A DNA stretch of 64,000 bases from Blastocladiella emersonii ATCC 22665 (lineage: Eukaryota > Fungi > Blastocladiomycota). How positions within the stretch are numbered: the first letter of the stretch is position 1; each line of letters starts with the position of its first letter. This document shows positions 10,372 to 22,368 of the stretch, piece after piece. Where the stretch lies: contig JANHCV010000002.1 in NCBI GenBank assembly GCA_025594325.1, forward strand, positions 496,001 to 560,000. Reading direction: 5' to 3'. A program made the position numbers and the translations under genes. Below the pieces are notes generated by a model that made no database searches, was not told the origin of the DNA, and saw nothing but the letters and a program-made list of their open reading frames with translations.

Positions 10372-11687
10372 CTACACCACCTCGCTCGGCTTCGCGGAAG
10401 TCGGCTTCACGGCAGCCGTCGCGTACCGCGCACGCTCGCGCTCGCGCCACCGCGCCGCGGCGAACGTGCCGCCCGACGCGAGCACTTGTACGATCTCGGT
10501 CCCGAGAAACAGCTTGGCGGCGCGGTCCGAGCTCCGGTCCCACCACGCGGCGGTGCGCGAGTTGCCGACGATGACGAACAGGAACACGGTGCGCACGAGT
10601 TGCGTCAGGAGGGAGATGGTGAAGAAGGCCTAGCGGTTGCGGGACGGGTGAGAACGGCGATGGTGTGGGCTGCCAAGAGACGTACGTAGCCGAGCGCGGT
10701 CCGCTTCGCCTTGCGCGCCGCGACCAGCGCGAGCGCGTCGGCGGCGAGCCCCGCGGCCATGAAGAAGCCGAGCAGCTGCACCGTCTCGGCCGCGGTCGCG
10801 TCGAGCCCGCGCAGCTCGAGGCCCAGGAACGAGTAGGCGCCGTTCGGCAGCTTGTTGGCCGTTGCTACAAATGGCCATGTCAGTCACAGCTCACAGCGCG
10901 CGATCGCCAAGGGAAACGGACGCAGGATCAGCAGCAGCATCACGGCCGACCCGCCGCACAGGAACGCGTGGAACGCCGTGTACACGGCGCACACCCCCAA
11001 AAGCAGCGACGCGGCGGCCTCGGCCATGAGCCACCGCGCAAACCACAGGCCGCACTTGCTCCGCGGTTTCACGGACACGCCGTCGTCCTTTGGCGGAGAC
11101 GATTTCGTGTCCTCGGTGCCCGCGCGCGACGACGAGATGGACCGCGTGCCCGTATCTGCGCGAGGCCCAAAGTACCCCGACGCCGATGAGTGCAGATCCG
11201 ACGCTTCCGACGGCGACCGCGGCGGCGGGTACCCGGCAGCGGGACTCGGGCGCAGCCCCGTCGCGGTCCGGCTCGGGTACGTCGGCTGCGAGTCCAGCTC
11301 GCGCGTCGGCGTCCCGCGGTCGCTTCCCCCATAACGCGGCGGAACCCCGCCCGTGCTCGCGCTGTCGGACCGGCCGCGCGCGGGAGGAAGACCGCGCGAT
11401 GGGCGGCGTGGGCGCGGCGACCACCCGTCGGCGTCGTCATCGGCGGAGCGAGGCGAGATGTAGCGGTTGGTCGAGGTCTGCGAGGACGGTGCAGCTGGGT
11501 CGCCGTAAGCGCGGCGCGGGGTCGGGTAGCCGGTTCCCGCCGTGGGTGATGGGCGGTCCCACCGGTCGTCGGCACCGGTGGCGGAGCGCGGCGAGGACGG
11601 CGACGACGACCAGTCGTTGGCGGGTCCCGATGGGGGCGGCTGCCGCTGCTGCTGCTGCTGCTGGGTGCGCGAGGTCCAGAAGCTCAT
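10372..11687 (-). CDS. Hypothetical membrane protein with about four TM segments and a disordered N-terminus (introns 10865-10921, 10630-10685)
   Basis: Spliced frame gives hydrophobic segments LLLGVCAVYTAFHAFLCGGSAVMLLLIL, VQLLGFFMAAGLAADALALVAA, AFFTISLLTQLVRTVFLFVIVG and LFLGTEIVQVLA. Confidence 0.6.
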
Positions 11688-12130
11688 CGTCTAGTGTACT
11701 CGTGGTCTATCTGAGGTTGGAGAGAGAGCGTCCCCGGAATGGGCGGCCTGCTCTCTCTTGCATGGCGGCAGGATTCGCCTCCGCTGATCGGATCACCTCT
11801 CAAGAAGGGCCCGCATGGCCACCCTCCAAAACCGAGCGGCCGGGAACGCGACGCGCGTCACGCCACGCGCATGTGACCGGCCCGAAACCCGGTTTTCGAA
11901 GAACGCGTGTCTCATCTCTTGCGGCAACGTTGCCCCCGGCGCGTCGCTCATCGCCGCTCGCCCACCGACGACCACGACGCACTCCCCCCGCTGCGCCGTA
12001 GACCCGCTGCCACTTGGCGCACTCGCCGCCCGACCTCCCCGATCGCACTCTCCGACGCGTCGCGCGCGTGTTTACACCCAGAACCCGCAGCACGCCGCAC
12101 GCCGCACGCCGGCACCACAACGTCGCAACC

Positions 12131-14829
12131 ATGGCGAGCAACACGACCTACTTCCGGTCGGAGCCCATGTCGCTCGTCCAGCTCTACATCCCGGGCGACA
12201 TTGCCCAGGCCACCGTCACAGAGCTGGGCGAGCTGGGCATGATCCAGTTCCGCGACGTGCGTGCTCTGTGCTCGCGGTGTATCGAATCCACGCTCACCAG
12301 TGCGCGCGTGTCGCTATAGCTCAACCCTACCGTCAGCGCCTTCCAGCGCCACTACGTCTCCGAGATCCGCCGCCTCGACGAGATGGAGCGCCGCCTGCGT
12401 ACGCTTCCCGCCCGCCCGCTCGGCCCTACCCCTCACCACTAACCACGACACGGACCACGCCAGGCTTCCTCACAGCGCAGGCTGAAAAGGCCAACGTGAC
12501 CATCAACCTGTCGCACCGCGGGCCCGCCGCCAACTACGCGCGCAAGCAGCAGGAGCTCGATGAGCTGGACGCGACGCTCGCCGAGTCCGAGAACCGCATC
12601 CTGCAGATGAACGCCAGCCAGGTCGCTTTCAACAAGAACTTTCTCGAGCTGACCGAGATGCGCCACGTGCTGCGCGAGACGGCCGCCTTCTTCTCCGAGG
12701 CCGAGACGCGCCGCGACGAGATTGGCGGCGTTTCTGGGGGTGACGACGACGGCGCCCTGCTCATCAACGACGTCGAGGCGCCCATGGGTGGCGGCGCCGC
12801 GCACTCGACGCACCTTGGGTTCGTCGCGGGCGTCCTCGACCGCAAGAAGCTGCCCGCCTTCGAGCGCATCCTGTGGCGCGCCCTGCGCGGCAACCTGTTC
12901 CTCAAGTCGGTCGACATTGACGAGGTGATTGTCGACCCCGTCACGGACGAGCCCGTCAACAAGGCCGTCTTCGCCATCTTCGCCCACGGCCGCGAGACGC
13001 TCGATAAGATCCGCCGGCTTTCGGAGTCGCTCGGCGCCACGCTGTACCCGGTCGACGCCAGCGCCGACAAGCGGCGCGCGGACCTGCTCCAGGTCCGCGC
13101 CCGGCTCGACGACCTCAACCAGGTCCTCTACAACACCAACGCCACCAAGCGGCACGAGCTCACCAAGCTCGCCGACATGCTCGGCGCGTGGCGCGTGCTC
13201 GTCACCAAGGAGAAGGCCGTGTACCACACCATGAACCTGTTTGCGACCGACGGCAACGGCAAGACGCTGATCGCCGAGGGCTGGTGCCCGACCGAGGCCA
13301 TCCCGCAGATCCAGCAGGCGCTCACCGTCGCCAAGGAGGCGACGCGCGGCATGGTGCCGTCGATCCTCAACGTGCTGCAGACGGCGCGCGTGCCGCCGAC
13401 CTACCACAAGACCAACAAGCTGACAGCCGGGTTCCAGAACATCATCGACGCGTACGGCATGGCGCGGTACCGCGAGGTCAACCCGGGCCTGTTCTCGGTC
13501 ATCACGTTCCCGTTCCTGTTCGCCGTCATGTTCGGCGATTTCGGCCACGGCATCATCCTGTTCCTGCTCGGCCTGTACCTGTGCGTGCGTGAGGACTCGC
13601 TGCGCGCCAAGGCCAAGACGTCCGAGATGTTCGGCATGGTGTTCGGCGGCCGGTACATGATCCTGCTCATGGGCCTGTTCTCCGTCTACACGGGGTTCAT
13701 CTACAACGACACGTTCTCGCGCATGATGTCGCCCTTCGCGTCCGGGTGGACGTGGGAGGAGCGCAAGGGCGAGGGCATCATGGCCGGCAAGCAGACGGGC
13801 GTGTACCCGATCGGCGTCGACTGGGCGTGGCAGTTTGCCGAGAACCGGCTCCTGTTCACCAACTCGTACAAGATGAAGATGTCGATCGTGCTCGGCGTCA
13901 TCCACATGACCTTCGCCACGTTCCTGTCGCTCGCCAACCACCTGCACTTCAAGAAGCGCATCAACGTGTACACCATGTTCATCCCGCAGGTGCTGTTCAT
14001 GCAGGCCATCTTCGGGTACCTGGTCGTCTGCATCATCTACAAGTGGGCCGTCGACTGGAACGCGCCCGGCGCCAACTCGCCGCCAGGGCTCCTCAACATG
14101 CTCATCTTCATGTTCCTGTCGCCCGGGTCCGTCAAGCCCGCCGAGCAGCTGTACCCGGGCCAGGGCCCCGTCCAGCAGGCGCTCGTCCTCATCGCCCTCA
14201 TCTGCGTCCCCTGGATGCTCGTCGTCAAGCCGTACCTCCTCAAGCGCGAGCACGACCGCACCGTCGCCCAGGGGTACGCGTCCCTGTCCGGCCACATGCC
14301 GCACCCCGACGACGAGGCCCACTCGGCGCTCGCCGGGCCGTCCTCCTCGGCGGCCGGTGCCAGCTCGAGCGCGGCGGTCGCCCCGCAGCCCGCAGCGGTT
14401 GCGCCGGCGGCCGACGAGCACGGTGGCGGCGGGCACGGGCACGGCGACGACGGGCCGTTCGATTTCGGGGCCATCGTCATCGACCAGGTGATCCACACGA
14501 TCGAGTACTGCCTCGGGTGCATCTCCAACACGGCATCGTACCTCCGCCTGTGGGCGCTGTCGCTCGCGCACGCGCAGCTGTCCGAGGTGCTGTGGGACAT
14601 GACGCTCGGTGGGGTCCTCACCATGTCGTCGGGCATCCAGCCCGTCGCCCTCGTCATCATCTTCCCGATGTGGCTCGGCGCGACCGTGTTCATCCTGCTC
14701 GGCATGGAGGGCCTCTCGGCGTTCCTCCACGCCCTGCGTCTCCACTGGGTCGAGTTCAACAACAAGTTCTACGAGGGGTCCGGGCATAAGTTTGTGCCCT
14801 TTGCGTTCTCGGCGATCGTGGACGCGTGA
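12131..14829 (+). CDS. vph1: V-type H+-ATPase V0 subunit a (introns 12257-12319, 12399-12463)
   Basis: FRSEPMSLVQLYIP start, YREVNPG, FLFAVMFGDFGHG, NSYKMKMS, SNTASYLRLWALSLAH, SAFLHALRLHWVEF. Confidence 0.97.
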
Positions 14830-15397
14830 GCGTGTGCGCGAGGTGGTGTTGTGGTGTCGCAGTGCTGTGCATGCAAGTTCCCACTCTTCTCTTTCGACTT
14901 CTTGTTCGAATTCGGTCGTGAGATTCGACAGTCGTGAGGGCGGTCCCTGAGTGAGGCCTCGCCGACGTCACTGTGAAGACGCGCGAGGCTCACGCGCACG
15001 CGGCGCGGCGTATTTTGCGAGGCAGTCACATGGGCAGCGCCGACCCAGGGTGGCGTCGGGACCCGCCTGCCCTCGCCGCCGCCGCCGCCGCCGCCCCCGC
15101 TCGCCCGCCCGCCGTCTCTTCTCTCCTCCCTGCGCAATCGAGTAACCTGTTGCAACTGCACCGCTACGGATCTCTCACTGCGTGCGCCCGTGGCTGCACC
15201 GACCAACTCGCCAAGGCCGCCGCCGCCGCAGCGGGCGCTCGTTCCCACCCGCCCAGCAGCCCGACCAGCCAGCAGCGATCCCGACCTTGGGTCCACAGCT
15301 CGCTCGCTCCTCGTTCTCGCGGCAACGTCAACGCCACACGGCTGATACCACCACTTATACTACACTCGCCGCCGTCACCAACACCACCAACCGCTTC

Positions 15398-18300
15398 ATG
15401 GCCGCCGCCGTCGACACCAAGCCGGCCGACGCGGCCAAGTCGGTCGACTCGCTCCTGGCGCTGTACACGACGGGGACCCGCGTGTGGGTGCCCGACGACG
15501 TCGAGGGGTGGCTCGGCGCCACGGTCTCGTCGCTGTCCCGCACGGGTTCTGGGAGTTCGCCCAACGATGCCGTCACGGTGACGGTCCTCACGGACCGCGG
15601 CAAGGAGATCAAGGTCGCCACGACGGTCGCCAAGATCGCGTCGGCCAAGGACCGCGACCGCGAGGAGCTCCCGCCGCTCCGGAACCCGCCAATGCTCGAG
15701 GGGATCGAGGATCTCACGAATCTGTCGTACCTGCACGAGCCCGCTGGTGCGTTCGTTCTGTCCTCGAAGCGTGCGAGAGCGCGATTGCTAACCGGGCCGC
15801 CGTGTAGTCCTGCACAACATCCGCACGCGGTACTCGCAGCACAACATCTACACGTACTCGGGCATCGTGCTCATTGCCATGAACCCGTTCCAGCGCGTCC
15901 AGCTGTACACGCCCGACGTGGTCCGCGCCTACTCGGGCAAGCGCCGCGGCGAGCTCGAGCCCCACCTGTTCGCCGTCGCCGAGGACGCGTTCCGCGGCAT
16001 GATCCGCGACAAGAAGAATCAGTCCATCATCGTCTCGGGCGAGTCCGGCGCCGGGAAAACCGTCTCGGCCAAGTACATCATGCGCTATTTCGCGACCGCC
16101 GACGCGTCCGACTCGGGCAGCGCTGGCGCCGAGTTTGATGGCGGCGCCCTCATGTCGCCGACCGTCCTCGCGTCCAGTGCGGACGCGAACGGCATGTCGG
16201 AGGTCGAGACCCAGGTCCTCGGTACGCTGCTGCTCGCCTCGCTGTGCGCTCGCGCCGCGCGCAACTGAGCTGACACATCCCGCGCCCGCATAGCCACGAA
16301 CCCCATCATGGAATCGTTCGGCAACGCCAAGACGACGCGCAACGACAACTCGTCCCGGTTCGGCAAGTACATTGAGTTGCTGTTCGACGGGCAGTCCAAG
16401 ATCATCGGCGCGCGCGTGCGCACCTACCTGCTCGAGCGGTCGCGCGTCGTGTACCAGCCCGAGACCGAGCGCAACTACCACGTCTTCTACCAGCTCGTCG
16501 CCGGCGCCCCCGCCGCCGAGCGCAAGGAGCTCGGCCTGCAGCCGCACTCGTACTTCAACTACCTCAACCAGGGTGGTGGGACCGGCACCGTCCCCGGCGT
16601 CGACGACGCCCAGGAGTTTGACCTCACCCAGCGCGCCCTGTCGACGATTGGCGTCTCGGTGTCGGTCCAGTGGAAGATCTTCCGGCTCCTCGCGGCCATC
16701 CTCCACCTCGGTAACGTCCAGATCCAGAACCTCCGCAACGACGAGGCGTACATTGCCGAGGACGACGCGGCGCTCATCACGGCGTCCAAGCTGCTCGGCG
16801 TCGCGCCCGGCGAGTTCAAGAAGTGGCTGGTCAAGAAGCAGATCACGACGCGGTTCGAGAAGATCGTGACGGCCGTCAACGCGACGCAGGCGACCACGAC
16901 GCGCGACTCGGTGGCCAAGTTCCTGTACGCGGGCCTGTTCGAGTGGCTCGTCGACAAGACCAACGACTCACTGTGCCCCGAGCACGTCGCCTCGTCGTTC
17001 CAGCGGTTCATTGGCGTGCTCGACATCTACGGGTTCGAGCACTTCCGCAAAAACTCGTTCGAGCAGTTCTGCATCAACTACGCCAACGAGAAGCTCCAGC
17101 AGGAGTTCACCCAGCACGTGTTCAAGCTCGAGCAGGAGGAGTACGTCAAGGAGCAGATCGCGTGGTCGTTTATCGACTTCAATGACAACCAGCCGTGCAT
17201 CGAGCTCATCGAGGGCCGCCTCGGTATCCTCGCCCTCCTCGACGAGGAGTCCCGCCTCCCCTCCGGCGCCGACAAGTCGCTCGTCGAGAAGCTCTACACC
17301 AACTTTGACAAGAAGCACAAGTTCTTCTCCAAGCCCCGCTTCTCCAACAACTCGTTCATCGTCCACCATTTCGCGCACCACGTCGAGTACGACGTCGACG
17401 GGTTCATCGACAAGAACAAGGACACGGTCCCCGACGAGCTCCTCACGCTGTTCAAGGAGGCCCAGTTCGACTTCCTCACCGAGGCCATTGACGCGCACAA
17501 GGTCAACAAGCCGTCCGACGCCGCGGCTGGCGCGAACGGGTCCATGGGCGCGTCCCGCAGCCCGCCCGTCGCCCGCAAGAACGTCAAGCCGACGCTCGGG
17601 TCCGTGTTCAAGCAGTCGCTCGTGCAGCTCATGGAGACCATCAACTCGACCAACGTGTCGTACATCCGGTGCATCAAGTCCAACTCGGAGAAGAAGCCGT
17701 TCCACTTCGAGCCGCAGATGGTGCTCAGCCAGCTGCGCGCGTGCGGTGTCCTCGAGACCATCCGCATCTCGACGGCGGGGTACCCGGGCCGATGGTCGTT
17801 CGACGAGTTTGTCGAGCGGTACTACCTCCTCCTGCACTCGTCCGAGTGGAACGGGTTCAAGGACATCCGCGGCCTGTGCAGCCTGCTCCTCACCCGCACG
17901 CTGCCCGACCAGGACAAGTACCAGATGGGCCTGACCAAGATCTTCTTCCGCGCGGGGCAGCTCGCGTACCTCGAGAAGCTCCGCGCCGCGCGCCTCAACG
18001 CGTGCGTCATCATGGTCCAGAAGAACATCAAGTGCATGGTCGCCCGCGAGCGGTACCTCGCCCTGCGCCGCGCCGCGGTGCTCCTCCAGGCGCGCGTCCG
18101 CGGCCGCCAGGCACGGAAGGCCGCGCAGGCGATCCGCGAGGCCCGCGCCGCCACCGTCATCCAGACCGCGTTCCGCCGCTGGCTCGCGGTCCGCGAGTAC
18201 GACCGCACCCGCGCCGCCGTCGTCACGGTCCAGTGCGCGTGGCGCTCGTTCGTCGCGCGCCGCACGCTCCGCCGGCTCCGCGAGGAGAAGGCCGCGCTCG

Positions 18301-20744
18301 CGATCCAGGCCGCGTGGCGCGGCTACCTCGCGCGCCGCGAGTACCACGCCGCCGTCAAGCGCGTCGTCCTCGCCCAGTCGTGCATCCGCCGGTACCTCGC
18401 CAAGAAGGAGCTCAAGCAGCTCAAGATGGAGGCGCGGTCCGTCAACCACTTCCGCGAGATCTCGTACAAGCTCGAGAACAAGGTCGTCGAGCTCACGCAG
18501 TCGCTCGACACCAAGGAGAAGATGGTCAAGCAGCTCAACGACACGGTGCGCGCCCTCGAGGCCCAGGTCAAGTCGTGGAAGGACAAGTGGGAGGCCGGCA
18601 ACGCCGCCCAGCAGAAACTCGCCGACCAGCTCGCCGACGCCGGCGCGTCCACCCGCGAGATCGAGGCCCTCCAGGCCCAGATCAAGGGCCTCACCTCGCA
18701 GCTCAACGGCGCCAACGACATGGTTAAGGCCAAGGACGCCGAGCTCGCTACCGCCAACGAGGCCCTCGCCAAGGTCCGCGACGAGGCCGCGAAACGGTCC
18801 CGCGAACGGTCGGCCTCGGTCGGCCCGCCGCCCATCGCTACCTCGCCCGCGCCGTCGTCGCCGCTCCCGCCCGTCCCCGCGATCCCCGCCGCCATCCAGA
18901 CCGGCGCCATCGCACCCGCCGCCGCGACAACGGCCGGCTCCTCGCCGCCGGGTTCCGCCGGCACCAGCGGCGTCGTGTCCCCGCAGGCGACGCCGTACTC
19001 GCCGCGGCCCGCCAAGCACATGACGCAGCAGGAGCTCCTGATCCTCGAGTCGACGCAGATCAACGTGCTGCGGCAGGAGATTGCGCAGCTCAAGCAGCAG
19101 CTCGACGCCGAAAAGGAGCGCCACAAGTCGCTCGCCGAGGCCCGCCAGCGCCGGCCCTCGGTCGACACGGTCCAGACCGATATCGTGTGGCGCCAGGTCG
19201 CGCCTATCGGCCCCGACTCGGGCCACGCCGACGAGCTCGAGTCGGCGGCGTCCTCGCCCGCGCGCCGCCCGCTCGGCCCCGATTTCGGCGATACGAGCGG
19301 CGGTGCGGCCCGCGCGATGCGCAAGATGCGCCGGTACTCGTCGGCCGAGGTCTGGAACGACGCCATGAAGCAGCGCGTGTCCGTCGACCCGAACGCGCTG
19401 CTCAACGGGCTCGCGTCGCCCGGCGGGATGTCGTCGAATGGTGGCGCCAACGCGCGCGAGCCGTCGATTGCCGGCAGCGTCAACGGCGCCGCCAACAACC
19501 GCGCCATGTCCCCGCCGCGCACCGTCGAGGAGGCGCTCATGGAGCAGGAGCACACGTTCTCGCTGCTGCAGGACCCGAAGCTCGAGGCCGAGGTGGTCGA
19601 CGGGCTGGTGCGCAACCTCGTGGTGCCCAAGCAGGCGACGCAGGACTGCTCGCGGCGCCAGGTCGTGTTCCCCGCACACGTGATCGGGCTGTACGCGATC
19701 AAGATGTGGCAGCACGGCATGAACAGCAACATGTCCGGGTTCCTGCGCAACGTCGCCCAGGCGGTCGAGGACCGCGCCACCTACTCCAACTACGACGACG
19801 AGACGGTCGTGTTCTGGCTGTCGAACCTGCTCGAGATCGACAGCATCCTCAAGTCGGCGAGCGCATCGGCATCGGCGGCGGGTGCCGCAGCCGCGGCGCA
19901 GCGGCGCACGTCCATCTACATGGAGGGCGAGCGGATCCTCAACAAGGCGCGCACCGAGCTCGACACCGTGTTCACGGGCATCTACTTCCAGTGGCTGCGC
20001 ATCGTCAAGAAGCGCATCACCAAGTTCATCATCCCCTGCGTCATCGAGAACCAGTCGCTGCCCGGGTTCGTGTCCAAGGACTCGGCGTCGCTGTTCAAGA
20101 AGTTTGTCTCGACGCAGCAGTCCTACACGATCGAGCATCTCCTCGACGCCGTGTCAGGGGTCTGGCGCGTCACGAAGTACTACTACATGGACGACCAGGT
20201 GATCCGCACGTCCATGTCGGAGCTGTTCAAGACGATCGGCGTCACGGCCTTCAACCACCTGATCATGCGCAAGAACTTTGCCACGTGGAAGCGCGGCATG
20301 CAGATCCAGTACAACGTGTCGCGGCTGTCCGAGTGGTGCTCGCAGCACTCCCTGTCCGAGGCGGCGCTGCACCTCGAGCGGCTCATGCAGGCGGCGAAAC
20401 TCCTGCAGCTCAACAAGGCCACCCCCGCCAACATCGAGCTGTACATCGAGGACCTCTTCGACGTGTGCTTCCTGCTCTCGCCCACGCAGATCTCCAAGCT
20501 CATGTCCATCTACACGGTCGCCGACTTCGAGAACCCGATCTCGCCCGAGATCCTCCGCGCCGTGGCCTCGCGATCCGTGTCCAACGACAAGAACGACATG
20601 CTCCTCCTCGAGGCCACCAACGACAGCGACGTGTCGTGGTACGCGCGCCCCGAACCCCGAAAGCTCCTCGGCGTCGAAAAGTACCTCCCGCAGGACCTCG
20701 AGATGGAGATGCCCCGCGTCGTGCTCCTGTTCAAGTTCGCGTAG
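15398..20744 (+). CDS. myo2: Class V myosin (introns 15747-15807, 16222-16293)
   Basis: P-loop [23 protein letters not shown], six IQ motifs, coiled coil and DIL cargo domain ([17 protein letters not shown]). Confidence 0.97.
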
Positions 20745-20986
20745 GCGTGGGGAGGCCCCGCGAGGGAGGGGCAAGTAGGTTTTGGGCTTTGATTGCAACA
20801 GTTTTAACTATAGACGAGTGAATGATGCAGTTCTCCTCCTTGTGTGCGAGTGGTTGAGCGGGATCGAGGGAGGAGAGTCGGCGTGGGCGCACACAGGGGC
20901 GTACATCGCGGCAGCGCTTGAGCGTTTCAAGACGCGTCGCGCGCTGCGCCACGAGTGAGCTCTCCCCGTTTCAAACGAAACTTACC

Positions 20987-21292
20987 ATGGAAACAAATGC
21001 ACTTAGCGAGACTAGCCGCATTAGGCTGTGCGAGTTGCCGACCGAAGTCCTTGGCGTTGTTATCGCGCAGCTCGCCCAGTTCGGACTGCTCTCGGTCTGG
21101 CTCGATCCGACGCTCGACGCTAAGCGCAACGGCATACATGCACTCTACAAGCCGAATCTGCGCACCCACCATCTCGATGCGTCGCGGCTGCGAGTTGAAT
21201 CGATTTGCCCGAGATTTCGTTTCTTGATAGGTCTAGGGTGTGAAGGCCGGGCGGCAGAACTCGGACAATCAGGTCCAGCTCGGTTCCATTGA
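20987..21292 (+). pseudogene. Probable N-terminal fragment of an F-box-like gene
   Basis: METN start and LCELPTEVLGVVIAQL resemble the N-termini at 55530, 58084 and 62846; its 3' part overlaps the opposite-strand LRR gene. Confidence 0.4.
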
Positions 21293-22186
21293 GATCAAAT
21301 CCGCGCAATTTGAAGGTTCGAAGCTGCGCCGGGAGTCCGCGCAGTAGCAACGCGAGTGAAGCCGGTGGCATCCTGCTGTACGCGATGGTAAGCTTCTCAA
21401 GCAGAGGAGGCCACGTGAATTTGGAATTTGGACAGCCGTGCGCTCGCAACGTCGTCCTTGAACCACGTCGCGTCGACAAAGAGCATGGCCGGCGTCACCG
21501 GAAGTCGGAGAGCTCTGAGTCGCGGGACATCGAGCGTGCAGTCGACAAATTTGAGTTTGGTAAGAGCCTGGTTCGGGCTGGCCATGGCACGGTTCAGAGC
21601 GTGGATACCGTTCATGGTGATCACGACCTTGTCGAGCTTCAAGGAGCTCAAATCGCCGTCGGCGAGAGCCTGAAGCTCGGCGGGCGGCTAGACGGGCGTA
21701 GGCAAGGATCAGTCGTCAGGATGCAAGGACGACGGCTATGAATTTTCGCACGTGGTCCTCGTCGTTCAAGTTGAGATCCCTGGGCACAAGCCCCAGTGGG
21801 ACGAGGTAAGTCACGTCCAGCACGTCGATGACGTTCGGCGGAAGGTCCCGCCCGCGAAACCACTCGAGAACTGCAAGGTTTCTCGGCAAGGCAGCAGCTG
21901 TCAGCCCACTCAGCGTGACCGCAATCGACAGGCCGAGCTCGAGTCGCCGTTCAAGCACATCGACGCGACCAGCAGCACAAGCTGCATCGACAGAAAACTT
22001 GGGCGAGCGATCGAGAATGGCGCGTTGAACGCCGGGAGCGTCGTCGTGGCGCAGGACGCGGGCATAGTGCAAAATCGAGTCGTCGTCAAGCGCCATGTGC
22101 AAGTAGACGGCGCGGACAAGAATGTTCTCGAGAATGTGCGGGACACTGGTCCACGATAGTTGCGCCATGTTACATATGTTTGTCAT
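21120..22186 (-). pseudogene. Ankyrin-like plus RNI-type LRR gene, frameshifted and apparently 3'-truncated (intron 21688-21751)
   Basis: VDAACAAGRVDVLE and NLAVLEWF ankyrin-like motifs; LRRs (LRTFKLRGFDL, LHTLDLSRNEISG); frameshift from a 7 bp duplication at 21418-21431. Confidence 0.65.
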
Positions 22187-22268
22187 GGGGGTTGTGGTGG
22201 TGCTATGGGAGGAGTGGGGCGGCGACGGCAAGCACACCGGAACGAGTTGCGCCCCGTGTCGCCCCCGA

Positions 22269-22292
22269 TCAGCTGATTTCGCAACGCGTCTC
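22269..22292 (-). promoter_or_regulatory. Composite element GAGACGCG-N8-TCAGCTGA
   Basis: About 85 bp upstream of the LRR gene ATG at 22186, in the gene's orientation. Confidence 0.6.
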
Positions 22293-22368
22293 AAAATGTC
22301 TCACGCCTGCCCATGGTTGACGTGGAGGTAAATAGCATGAGCAAGGGTATTTGTAGTGCACTCATAGG

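Noticed and set aside
16968-20138. 1056 aa antisense ORF, and similar long ORFs at 6753..8822, 12439..14787, 33094..35853, 37357..39375 and 45042..47303
   Set aside because: Shadow ORFs opposite real genes; GC-rich codon bias depletes stops on the antisense strand and the translations show no motifs.
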